DNA of 64,000 nt from Tortispora ganteri. Lineage: Eukaryota. The notes under the pieces are model-generated. The model ran no database searches. It saw nothing but the letters and a program-made list of their open reading frames with translations, and was not told the DNA's origin. The position numbers and the translations under genes are program-made. The stretch covers positions 248,001 to 312,000 of the forward strand of contig PPNB01000004.1 in the NCBI GenBank assembly GCA_003707115.1, written 5' to 3'. How positions within the stretch are numbered: the first letter of the stretch is position 1; every line of letters starts with the position of its first letter. Positions 1 to 10,242 of this stretch are shown here, piece by piece.

Positions 1-3000
1 CGCACTTTTCCTCATTTAGTAACATTGTTCTTTAATGCATTTCCTATCCCCGTTGCATTATGTCGTGACCTAGTTTGTCGAACAATAGTTAACATGGATC
101 TTCCTATACGTACTATAGCCGACAGCTCGAAGCCGGCATTCTCTTCCGGAATTGTGCAAGATCTAATGTTCAAGCACACAATGCGCACAGGTCCCGAACT
201 TCTAATTGAACAATGGAAACTTTACCTAACTTTTGCATGCTCCACCATCACACTTACAGACTCCTACTCTACCACGGATTTAAACACTTCATCTAACCTG
301 GGACATGAAAGAAAAGCGTCGCGCAATCATTCTGGGCCCTCGCAAAAAATTCTCTCGGCTAAAGCCTTATTTCAATTGGTCAGCCCTCTTTTAAAAGTTG
401 ATCAGGTGAATATCAGAGAAGCTTTAGTTTCTGGACTATCTTACATCAACGTTAACTTATACCCTACTTTAATTGAATCTTTAGATGAGATGATGCGTTC
501 TTGGACTACTGAAGTCAATCTAGCCCAAACGCATCGCAGAACACTATCTGGAAATGCCAATATACGCAAACAGGGCAAACTAGTCATTGAAGTTACTCAC
601 GTATTTCAGTTGACCTCAAGGTATTTGAACGACTCATCTGTGTGTGGTAATGATGACCTGCTCAAACGAGTTGTTGACTTTACGAAGTTAATCAAGGAGT
701 TTCTCTCTAACTCAGAAATTAGAGCAGATATCTCTTACCAGAAACTTATGCGCTATTTTTGCGGTCTCGTCGAGAATCTTTATACAGCACTGGTAACAAA
801 TGGAATAGCTAGCAAATGGTTTCCATTTGAAGCGAGAATATCCTGCTTTACTTTGATCGAAGAATGGTTGCTTCAGTTGCACAATGTGGAACTGAATTAC
901 GATACATACAATAGAGTACGATCTGGTTCTGATGAAGCGTCGCGTAATACAGCTGATCGAGAATTGGCTATCGCTGCTATGATGATTGAAAAGAACAACT
1001 TAGAACTGGCTGCTCTTAAGGCAATGGCTGCTTTATGTGCTGGACCTGTGTCGCATTCACTAGGAAATAAAGACCAATCCACAGTTCTGGCCTTAGATGT
1101 GAAAGGCTTACTTAGATGGGTGGACTCCGTGCTTTCTAGTAATAGTGATCAAAAGCAGGATATTGGTCGCAATGCTCTCTATAATTTGCTGAAGTATAAC
1201 TCCAATAACTCTGTGTTCCTTAAAGAAGCTATTGCGCAGTCTTTTGCTGATAAAGTGGAAGTTAAAGCCAGTTGGAGCTATTTTTCTGTGGTGTGCCAGG
1301 TTCTGCAAGAAATCTCTACATATCCGTGCACTGTTTCTGGTCCATTGGCGCTCGCATTATTCCGTCTTGGCGATGATAATAGAGAGGCCAGAACCGAAGC
1401 AATAAAACTGCTCTCGGCTATTGAATCTCGTTTTTTCAACACTTCGCATTCCAACGAATTTAAAACTTCTGTTTTGGATCGAACCACTGTTGTTTACAAG
1501 CATGCTCAATTTGAATTGGCGAGCAGATTTGCAGCTGCCCAACCTGAAATTGCATTTGAGGTCTTCTCTGAACTGTCTATGTTTTTCAATATTATTGGCC
1601 CAAAGAAACGTAAAGATATGCTGGCTGTTATTCTGCCTTGGGTTCAGGCATTGGAATTGAGCACAGAGATTGACAGTGAAGTGGTCACGTACCCAACATT
1701 CATGGTCCTGAGTAACTTATTTGAGATTACCGTCAAATTTTCTGACCAGATGCAAACAGAAGTTGAGGCTCTTTGGGTTGCTCTTGGAAGTGGAAGATAT
1801 CCTAAAAATATTGACGTTGTCCTTGGATTCGTGATGCATACTGGTATTGAACGACGTGATCCTGTATTTCTGGAAACTAGTAAACAAGTAATTGTTCATC
1901 TTTCTTCTTCTCCGAGCGCTTCTAAATTAGAAGAAACTTTGAGCTCTTACTTTAGTCCACGATTTATGGTTCCATATCACAAAGAGTATAATGTGTTCTC
2001 TCATCCAGACAGCATCACGTTTCCATACATTGCAGACCTTAACAAAGTTTTGCTGCCACCCCTCAAACAATCATCTTTTTCATTAGCTCAGATTGCTTTA
2101 ATTCTCTTGGTTGACTTACTAGTTAAGCCCTTGCCACTAACAGAGAGCAATTTAGCGCTAGCATTGCAGGTCTCATTTGTCCTAATGGACCATTATGTTC
2201 CCATCGTATCGGATCAAGCCAGAGAGCTGCTGGTACACGTAATCCATATATGCGCTTCCTCAACATCCTCTAAAACCAGTTTAGATGTGATTGACCTCTT
2301 GCGCCAGAAAGCGCCAGTTACTGTCTGGCAATATGATGATTTTAGCCGTGACAAATCTGGGTTACGCAAAACGAAAAATATGGATGCTACCATCGATATG
2401 GTATTGAAGTTATTTCCGGACGCTAAAGGTTTACAAGAGGAATGGAGCAAAATTGCCCTGAAATGGGCAGCCACCTGTCCAGTACAGCATGTGGCTTGCA
2501 GGTCATTTCAAATATTTCGCAGTACGTTCTCCTCACTTGATTTCAGCATGTTAGCAGATATGCTTGCCAGACTCTCCAATACAATCTCTGATCCTGCATC
2601 TGACATTCAAGGCTTTTGTATTCAGATCCTTATGACTTTGCGCACTTTAGTCTCTAAATTGGACAGCGAGTCTTTGAAAAACCTTCCACAAATATTCTGG
2701 ACCGTATATGCCGGGTTGGATACCATACATGAGAATGAATATTTAGAATTGCTGCATATACTCGAGTGCTTGCTTGATAAGGTATATCTGGATAGTCCAA
2801 ATGCTTTTGCTGCTACTGTTAATGCAACAATGCCTGATAATTGGGCTGGAGCACATAATATCCTTCATTTGAAAGTCACTTACGGCCTCCGATCGTCTGT
2901 TTCTTACCCTACTTCTCTGAGAGTCTTGGAAAAACTCAATAAGCTGCCCGACACTCTTGTAATGGATCCAGACACCCGAGTACTTTATAGCTTATTAGCT

Positions 3001-4026
3001 TTTTTTCCTCAATTTTCTCGTTCAATTGAGATCAACGGTTTCTCTGATACTGAAATACCAGCTGAAGGTTTGGCATCTCTGGCTGGACGGGCTGGATTAA
3101 CGCAGTTAGAGCGACTGCTTTCTTCGTTTGCTAAAGGCCGTATTCGAAAGAAAGAAGATTTTGTGCAACAAGTCTGTAATGCCATCATTAACTTATTCTT
3201 TCCAAGATATGAATCGGCTACGTACATATTTCTGATGAGTTGTCTATTCAATAAAACTAAATGGATTCGCAAAGAAGTCCTTTATATACTTACGAAGATT
3301 ATGCCTTCCATCGACCTGCAGGGAGTGGAGTTTTCAGCCGCAGGCGCGGACCTTATTTCTCCGTTGCTGCGACTATTGCAAAGTGAGTTTGCCGATCAGG
3401 TACTGGAAGTGCTAGACAAGACGAACAATATTGCTGGAAATTCCAAGGATAAGCATGTGCTACGGATGAGTTTGGGCAATAGAGCTGTCAGGAAAGAATA
3501 TGAGAAATCGGAAACTCTTTTCGGAGTACCTGATGAGAATGGGTGGTCTGTATCTTCTGCTACTAATCAAACACAATTGGTGAGGAATAATATTCATGTG
3601 GTGTTTTACACTTGTGTTCCAACTGATACCGTGGATTATAAGGAAGCTGACCTTGAAGGAAAACTTAATGATCTTGAGCTTGGCGAGATTGAATTTCAGG
3701 AAGATGAGTCCAGCTATTCTTCCATCTTTCGCGACCGCACTGACCAAGCGAATTCTACACTTTTGCAAACCCAAAGCAAGGCTTCTTTGTCACATATGTG
3801 GGCCGAACTTGATAACTTGGACAGCTTTTTTACTGATGCCCGAACTAATCATTTGTCTACCCACCACCCGTCATTTAGCCAGACCAGTATGGAAGGTGAC
3901 AGGAGTGATACCGAGTTTGACTATTCTGATGGGCCCAGCGAATCTGCTGCCCAATTGTATGATGCTAACGTGCTCACAATATTGAACAAAACGATCAGCT
4001 ATGATAATTACTTCTCTGCCTTCTAA
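1..4026 (+). CDS. TAO3: RAM-network cell morphogenesis scaffold Tao3/Pag1/Mor2 (Furry family), 5'-truncated by the window edge
   Basis: Frame is open from base 1. Long helical-repeat protein with Tao3-type motifs 'WFPFEARISCF', 'LKWAATCPVQHVACRSFQIFR', 'DMLARLSNTISD' and 'TLFGVPDENGWS'. Confidence 0.9.
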   Translation, partial: RTFPHLVTLFFNAFPIPVALCRDLVCRTIVNMDLPIRTIADSSKPAFSSGIVQDLMFKHTMRTGPELLIEQWKLYLTFACSTITLTDSYSTTDLNTSSNLGHERKASRNHSGPSQKILSAKALFQLVSPLLKVDQVNIREALVSGLSYINVNLYPTLIESLDEMMRSWTTEVNLAQTHRRTLSGNANIRKQGKLVIEVTHVFQLTSRYLNDSSVCGNDDLLKRVVDFTKLIKEFLSNSEIRADISYQKLMRYFCGLVENLYTALVTNGIASKWFPFEARISCFTLIEEWLLQLHNVELNYDTYNRVRSGSDEASRNTADRELAIAAMMIEKNNLELAALKAMAALCAGPVSHSLGNKDQSTVLALDVKGLLRWVDSVLSSNSDQKQDIGRNALYNLLKYNSNNSVFLKEAIAQSFADKVEVKASWSYFSVVCQVLQEISTYPCTVSGPLALALFRLGDDNREARTEAIKLLSAIESRFFNTSHSNEFKTSVLDRTTVVYKHAQFELASRFAAAQPEIAFEVFSELSMFFNIIGPKKRKDMLAVILPWVQALELSTEIDSEVVTYPTFMVLSNLFEITVKFSDQMQTEVEALWVALGSGRYPKNIDVVLGFVMHTGIERRDPVFLETSKQVIVHLSSSPSASKLEETLSSYFSPRFMVPYHKEYNVFSHPDSITFPYIADLNKVLLPPLKQSSFSLAQIALILLVDLLVKPLPLTESNLALALQVSFVLMDHYVPIVSDQARELLVHVIHICASSTSSKTSLDVIDLLRQKAPVTVWQYDDFSRDKSGLRKTKNMDATIDMVLKLFPDAKGLQEEWSKIALKWAATCPVQHVACRSFQIFRSTFSSLDFSMLADMLARLSNTISDPASDIQGFCIQILMTLRTLVSKLDSESLKNLPQIFWTVYAGLDTIHENEYLELLHILECLLDKVYLDSPNAFAATVNATMPDNWAGAHNILHLKVTYGLRSSVSYPTSLRVLEKLNKLPDTLVMDPDTRVLYSLLAFFPQFSRSIEINGFSDTEIPAEGLASLAGRAGLTQLERLLSSFAKGRIRKKEDFVQQVCNAIINLFFPRYESATYIFLMSCLFNKTKWIRKEVLYILTKIMPSIDLQGVEFSAAGADLISPLLRLLQSEFADQVLEVLDKTNNIAGNSKDKHVLRMSLGNRAVRKEYEKSETLFGVPDENGWSVSSATNQTQLVRNNIHVVFYTCVPTDTVDYKEADLEGKLNDLELGEIEFQEDESSYSSIFRDRTDQANSTLLQTQSKASLSHMWAELDNLDSFFTDARTNHLSTHHPSFSQTSMEGDRSDTEFDYSDGPSESAAQLYDANVLTILNKTISYDNYFSAF

Positions 4027-4173
4027 GTATTCATCTCGCTGCTTCTCTGAATAATACTTTTTAGAGACAGACTTTCATTGACGAAATATGTATTTATATT
4101 CGTCAAAGATAGAAAGAAAACTAAGCGACAGAAAGTGGAATATTAAATAAATAATTTATGTCATAAAATATCA

Positions 4174-4987
4174 TTAGCATAATTTGTTTAGCAAGGGCTC
4201 TGACCTATGGTTATTACGCTTTAAAGATGTCATCATTGTGGAGGCAAAACTCCATGAAAAAATACCGATTCCAGCGTAAGAAGTTTCAAACTCAGTTTTT
4301 CCTTCTATCAAAGCTTTCACGGTAGACTTTTTATAAGTTGATGATGAGTCTTTGTTTCTGGTTCGCCTTATGGGCAATGTGCTCATTTCCACTCTTATGT
4401 ATTTTGATCCTTGCACAAAAAGTATTTGGTTGATTGGTACATTCATTTCATCGCAAGAGTTAAAGTGTAAGAAGGATTCAACTTTCATTGGAGGACTGTA
4501 CCCTTCTATCATTCCAAATCCTTGGATCATTAATACTGGCAAAAATATCCTGACGGCAGTCATCTTCAAATCAGTTGGACATAGTTCAATTACTGCCGGT
4601 GTATATTGTGTAAACGAGCTCACCTTCATGAATAAGTATGTAAAGTCCGTGGGTTTGTGCAGATTCACTGCCACATGACTTTCTTCGATATATATACCAA
4701 GGATGAGACATCCTAGATTTCGAAGCTGTTACACCAACTTCGCTCATTAAGGTAGGTTGAAGGTAGCAGTTGCTTATATGATTATAGTCACATATAAACA
4801 GGGCAGAAAAAGAAAATTGGGTAAGGGTCTTAGACGCGTCAAGTGTACCTACAGAATCATTCCGTAACACTCGCGCAACGCTAGAGGGACCCTTGAACTA
4901 AAAGCCATATAAGTCGTTAATTGCCATAACACCGATTTCAGCATTCAACTTGTTGTGCCTTCAACATTTTTCCACTCTAACCATCAT
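4174..4987 (-). CDS. Putative spliced (or degenerate) gene, possibly a Rec114-like meiotic PH-domain protein
   Basis: Two overlapping minus-strand ORFs (4586-4870, 4174-4674) can be joined by candidate introns 4981-4898 (GTTAGA..TTAAC..TTTTAG) and 4623-4536 (GTGAGC..TTTTTGCCAG). Short motifs recall Rec114. The gene model is uncertain. Confidence 0.3.
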
Positions 4988-5048
4988 TGAGACAGTAAAA
5001 ACATAGATATCTGCTCTTAGAATTGTCAAGTTTTTATAGACTTAAATT

Positions 5049-7136
5049 TCACCTGTTAATGTTGCTGTCCTTTAAGAAATCAGGTGTTTCTCCTAAGTAC
5101 TGTAGAAGTCGTTGATATTCTGGAGGTTTGAGTGCAGAATTTCGAGATGTAGACTTACGAACATAAGGCATAACACGATTTTTGCGTAACCTAGTAGTCT
5201 TTTGAAAAGTAGTTGGTGTTGCTTCAACATCATTGGCTTCCCCAGCTGTGACGGGGTCTTCTGCGCTCACAGACAACTCGGCATATATCTCGTCAGTTTG
5301 TATCAAATATTCTTTGCAGAATATATCCCCCCATAAAGTTGAAATATCGTCAAATACTCGCATAAATTCATATAAGTCATTAATACAGTTAGGAGAGATC
5401 ATTTGACGGTTGTGATGAGCATTGATTTTAAGAGACAAAATTTCGACAGGAATATTTTGTGATTTGTCATCACTCCAGGGTTCTTTTTTGGTCTCTATAC
5501 TTTCAGCAAGGTCACTAGGCAAAAAATATGTCTTCCCTTCGGCTACACGTTGTATGGGTGCAGAGGTATACGGTGGAAGATTAACAACCTCACCGGAGAA
5601 GCTATAGAAGGACATGTTCTTAGATGCCCACAGGAGAAATTCGGGGAGAAAAGTATCTGCTAGAGTATTGCCATTATCTGTAAGTTCAGCAGTACTACCT
5701 TCATTCATTTCCATGGTAGAGGCGAAAGTGCAATTACTTGGTGGAAAAACTGTGACCATTCCAGTGAGCAAAGATATCTCATCTATAACAGACAATATGG
5801 AATCTTTCATAGCATTACTAGACAATGAATCTAGTGCAACATCGTGATAAGACGAGCGCAAAGTAAAGTACTCAGAAAACGACCTCCAAGTAGCTGAAGA
5901 GTACATTATACCATAGTCGGAAAGCACATTGGCATAGTACATTTTGTTTCTTGGAAATATAGAATTGTGAGTTTGAAAATGATCATCCGCTGTAGTTAAA
6001 GAGATTCCTGCAAGCATGGAGGGATATTTTGCACCGAATCCTTCTGTAAGAAACTCGAAATAGCCTAAAACAAGCCAATCATACCATGAAGAGCTTAATT
6101 TGGTGCTGCTATCTAAAGCCAGTACATAACCGTCATTGGCTATGGGATAATAAGATGCAAATAGTGAATTATTATAAGTTTGTTGAATGTCTTTAAGTAA
6201 AACCACAGACTTTTCATCAGGAAATTTCAAACTTTTCAAGCATTGAGTCAAATGCTTAACAGAGTGTGACTTTGAGCCAAAGAGTACTATGCGGGGAGTT
6301 TTTTGAAGAAGAAATCTAGTTGAAGTGATAACCTTCAATAGATCTATAGTAGCACTTGTAGTAGCTTCAATATTGATAACAATATCAAGGTTAAAGTGAA
6401 GAAGGTGAGATAAAGATTGTGCAGAAAGTTTTGTAAGTCCACTTAGGAACTGCAAATCATTCTTATTTAGTTCCATAGTTCTTTCTTGAGCCATCTTTAA
6501 AGTTTCAAAACTATCCATTGTAGATTCAAGAAAAACAGTTTCCGATTCCAGCGAAGGGGCCCAAACAATGATAGAAGGGTTAAGCAGATTCAAAGAAGAA
6601 GAAATAGAAGCGAGAGTCGTTAGCTGTACCGGTATATCAGGTGTAGTTCCTTCATGAAAAAAAATCTGGCAAGGTAAATCACTTATAGGACCGCTATTTA
6701 TATCGTCGATTTCATTCAATCCTAATAACACCATCTCTTCCTCTAATTTTGGGTTGAATTCCCCCGTATGCAGTAGATGCACATTGCCTTTATCTGTATT
6801 AGCGATATTACATATTAAAGTGGACATTTCACGGAGCGCACTAGTATCGCTAAAAACAAATAGAGCTTTATTCCCTATAGGTTGAGTGTTCCTCATAAAC
6901 CATTTTACAGGAGGTAAGTTGAGAGACTCCCATAAATCAGGTAGGTCTGGCTTTACACGACGCCAATTGATCATCGATGGGTCCAGATGTGTGTAAGAAG
7001 CTCTTGTAGGAGTTTTAGTAAGGGGCTGTTGTTCAGTGCGTAAAAGAGACAATACTCCATAGACAAATAAAAAGAGTGCTCCAAATCTCAAGCATGTTCG
7101 TTGAAATTTCTTAGAGGATGCGTATGCGCGTAACAT
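5049..7136 (-). CDS. Type II membrane protein, fungal glycosyltransferase-2-like family
   Basis: 695-aa ORF with one N-terminal TM segment (FGALFLFVYGVLSLL). The segments 'LDIVINI..IDLLKVI', 'VLALDSSTKLSSSWYDWL' and 'LAGISL' resemble uncharacterised fungal GT2-like proteins. Confidence 0.5.
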   Translation of the reverse strand: MLRAYASSKKFQRTCLRFGALFLFVYGVLSLLRTEQQPLTKTPTRASYTHLDPSMINWRRVKPDLPDLWESLNLPPVKWFMRNTQPIGNKALFVFSDTSALREMSTLICNIANTDKGNVHLLHTGEFNPKLEEEMVLLGLNEIDDINSGPISDLPCQIFFHEGTTPDIPVQLTTLASISSSLNLLNPSIIVWAPSLESETVFLESTMDSFETLKMAQERTMELNKNDLQFLSGLTKLSAQSLSHLLHFNLDIVINIEATTSATIDLLKVITSTRFLLQKTPRIVLFGSKSHSVKHLTQCLKSLKFPDEKSVVLLKDIQQTYNNSLFASYYPIANDGYVLALDSSTKLSSSWYDWLVLGYFEFLTEGFGAKYPSMLAGISLTTADDHFQTHNSIFPRNKMYYANVLSDYGIMYSSATWRSFSEYFTLRSSYHDVALDSLSSNAMKDSILSVIDEISLLTGMVTVFPPSNCTFASTMEMNEGSTAELTDNGNTLADTFLPEFLLWASKNMSFYSFSGEVVNLPPYTSAPIQRVAEGKTYFLPSDLAESIETKKEPWSDDKSQNIPVEILSLKINAHHNRQMISPNCINDLYEFMRVFDDISTLWGDIFCKEYLIQTDEIYAELSVSAEDPVTAGEANDVEATPTTFQKTTRLRKNRVMPYVRKSTSRNSALKPPEYQRLLQYLGETPDFLKDSNINR

Positions 7137-7440
7137 TATAATTTGTTATTATCCAATAGCATATGAATTGTGTCACTTCTGTAGGAGATGATTCCTTTAA
7201 GACCAGACTACTTCAAATCAAAATCCTATATTTAGCAGCTTATTTGAAAAAAAAAGAATCAAATCGCTGAAAAGATGAACTACAGTATCGCAATGTTAGA
7301 GGCTGCTGATAATTGACTGCTGCTACAAACCACTTCTCGGTATTAACGTTACTAAACTGTATTCACGATCACGGTAAGATACATATTAGGGTTTTATAAA
7401 GGTTGGAATAATAGCCTTTTAACCGAACAATGTTAGAAGC

Positions 7441-7478
7441 CAGAGTCTTAAAATGACAAAGTCTTAAAATGACAGAGT
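7441..7478. repeat. 16-bp tandem duplication (AGTCTTAAAATGACA[A/G] x2)
   Basis: Read directly: cagagtcttaaaatgacaaagtcttaaaatgacagagt. Confidence 0.85.
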
Positions 7479-8421
7479 GTTGTCTATATTTCTTATAAAA
7501 GACAACTGTGTAGTATAATAATAAAAGATGTATAAAGAGATATTGATTATTAATTATTTTACGCAATAATAGGAGTCAATAGCCGAACTGTGCGGATAAC
7601 ATTAACTGTTTGTGTTGACATATATTATCACGCGCAATTACCACTAGTAATAGTTCCTGATTAGTTATTGTCAACATTGATATTTCATAGTGTTTACATT
7701 GCTTTAAATCAGATATAGATTACAGTTCAACGAGTAGATAACTTGGTAAATCATTCATAGAATAAAGTTCCATCGATGCATGACCCGATTCGATGGGACA
7801 AGGATAAGGTTGAGTATAAGAACAAACAATTTGCGGGGATTTAGAAACTTGTGTCGAAATATTATCATATATATGACAGGGACAGTCGCATATCAAATAG
7901 GCTTATGAGTATGGCTCTTGCTAGTTCAAAATATTGATGTCAAAGTTTAACGAATAAAGACTGAAAGTGCTAAGCGATCGAACTGTGCACTTACGTTTAG
8001 ATTACATACTCCCTGCCATTAAAGCAGATAAGTACTCTAATTTATAGTTTTTTTGCAAATTCCATCGCATGCATAATCAGTTATATTGTCATGCACTTTC
8101 CGTAACATTGATAGTAGAATCACATATATGCGATATACGCCTATATATTGCTGTATATTCCCTATGTTGGCGTCGCGTAAGAGCGTTTAACGTAGAAATC
8201 TAAAAACTTTAATATTTTATACAACCCTGAACCGCATACTTTTGCGGCATTCTTATCGCTTTGGGGCCTATTTGGCTGAATCTTAAATACTCTCTCCTTA
8301 CTTGTTCTTCTACAGCCGCATTCTTGCGACACGACATCAGTGCTATCTTGCAAACTAGAGATTTCATATCTAAGATTCTTATTAGTAGTTTATAGAGGTT
8401 TTTTTCTTTTTTGCAGGAAAA

Positions 8422-10134
8422 ATGGACGAACAGAGTCCATTGTTAGAGCCTTCCTCTTATTCGCCTGCAGTTACACCTAGAGCATTCAGTCACACTGTAC
8501 GTCGATCTTCGATATTATCGTCATCGCTCGGCTCAGTGGGACAATTCGCGCAAAATACTTTAGCTACTGGAACTTCGGAGTATGATGCTAATGCAATTGC
8601 TGTGGAAGAAAGACGCTTATTAGAAGATAATAATCTATTACCTACGCCGAACAAAAGAAGAGGATCCATCTGGAGAGATGAGCAGCTTGATCCAGCTACT
8701 AGAGAAGAGGTCCAAAGAGTTTTTAAACAGGCTGCTCAAGATGGTCTGATTCACACTACTCATGCAAAAGAAATCAAGCTTATTATTGTGTCTGCAATCC
8801 CTATGGTTCTGACGTTCTTATTGCAATACTCTCTCACTGTCGCTAGCATATTCTCAGTTGGTCATTTGGGCAAAGCTGAACTCGGCGCGGTATCGTTAGG
8901 ATCTATGACTGCCAGTATTTCTGGTTATGCAGTTTGTCAGGGACTTTCTACTTGTATGGATACTCTCTGTGCCCAAGCCTATGGTAGCAAAAGGTATGAT
9001 TTGGTAGGCATTCATCTTCAGCGGTGTGTCTACATGCTTTTACTGGCATCGATCCCGGTGGCTCTCCTGTGGTTCTTTGCAACACCTGTACTTAACTTCT
9101 TAGTGCCAGATGCCGAAGCTGACCTAGTCTATTACGCAGCGAGTTATCTGAGAATACTCATTTTCGGCTTACCGGGTTATATATTTTTCGAATGTGGCAA
9201 ACGTTTCACGCAATCACAAGGCCTTTTCAGAGCTGGAACCTATTCTTTGTTGATCACTGCACCCGTAAACATGTTACTGAATTATTTTTTGGTATGGGAT
9301 AAACGTTTCGGATTTGGATTTTTTGGTGCTCCAACTGCAGTGGTCATCAGCGATTACCTCATGGCTTTCCTTTTGTATCTGTATGTTCGATACGTTGACG
9401 GATGGAAATGCTGGCATGGTTTCTCCCGTCAAGCATTTGCTAACTGGTCGCCTATGATCAAGCTTGCAATTCCTGGCTTTGTCATGGTAGAAGCTGAGTA
9501 TATGGCATTTGAGATTCTCACATTGGCGTCCTCGTATCTTGGAACATCAGCTTTAGCTGCGAATTCTGTGGCTTCAACTATTGGTAGCATAGCTTTTCAA
9601 TCTCCTTTTGCTCTTGGAATTGCTACATGTACCCGTGTAGCAAATTTTGTTGGCTCAGGATTAAAAGAACCTGGAAGGATCGCTTGTTACTCGGGCCTTA
9701 CTATTGGATTTTGTGTAGGAGTTCTTAACGCTTGTGTTATCACTTCTGTTCGTTACAAGGTTGGACCTTTATTTAGCAATGATGATGATGTTATTGCTAT
9801 AGTAGGAGAACTCTTGCCTTATATCGCCTTGTACCAAATATGGGATGCTTCTTCTGGTGTACTAAATGGCATACTTAGAGGCCAAGGACGCCAGAAAATC
9901 GGAGGCTGGATCAGCATTGCTGGTTATTACGTTGTTGCCATCCCTCTTTCTCTAATATTTACATTTCCTTTAGGACTTAATCTAAAGGGATTATGGCTTG
10001 GTGTGTGCTGTGGTCAATTTGTCTTATGTGTGATTGAGGCGTACTTTATATTCACGTCCAACTGGGATAATGTGATCCAAGATGCAAAGAATAGATCTAA
10101 TGCAGATGTCGTGAACTCTTCCAGTCATGTTTAA
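8422..10134 (+). CDS. MATE family multidrug/toxin efflux transporter (Erc1/YDR338C-like)
   Basis: About 12 hydrophobic segments; MATE motifs 'SIFSVGHLGKAELGAVSL', 'DTLCAQAYG' and 'GILRGQGRQKIG'. Confidence 0.92.
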   Translation: MDEQSPLLEPSSYSPAVTPRAFSHTVRRSSILSSSLGSVGQFAQNTLATGTSEYDANAIAVEERRLLEDNNLLPTPNKRRGSIWRDEQLDPATREEVQRVFKQAAQDGLIHTTHAKEIKLIIVSAIPMVLTFLLQYSLTVASIFSVGHLGKAELGAVSLGSMTASISGYAVCQGLSTCMDTLCAQAYGSKRYDLVGIHLQRCVYMLLLASIPVALLWFFATPVLNFLVPDAEADLVYYAASYLRILIFGLPGYIFFECGKRFTQSQGLFRAGTYSLLITAPVNMLLNYFLVWDKRFGFGFFGAPTAVVISDYLMAFLLYLYVRYVDGWKCWHGFSRQAFANWSPMIKLAIPGFVMVEAEYMAFEILTLASSYLGTSALAANSVASTIGSIAFQSPFALGIATCTRVANFVGSGLKEPGRIACYSGLTIGFCVGVLNACVITSVRYKVGPLFSNDDDVIAIVGELLPYIALYQIWDASSGVLNGILRGQGRQKIGGWISIAGYYVVAIPLSLIFTFPLGLNLKGLWLGVCCGQFVLCVIEAYFIFTSNWDNVIQDAKNRSNADVVNSSSHV

Positions 10135-10242
10135 CCTATTACGGAATCATTCCCTAGCCGGTGAGTACTATTTCATAATTAGCTATGCTATATGAAATGT
10201 TGCGCTGAGTATATTTATATCCATGATTCATTCATTCAATGT

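Noticed and set aside
3871..4074. Minus-strand frame overlapping the TAO3 3' end with faint resemblance to a Rec114 C-terminal helix
   Set aside because: Codon-aligned antisense frame of TAO3, which is commonly open by chance; no convincing splice acceptor or branch point.
8395..8421. Polypyrimidine tract + CAG just before the MATE ATG (possible 5' UTR intron)
   Set aside because: No clear branch point or well-placed consensus donor; T-rich leaders are common here.
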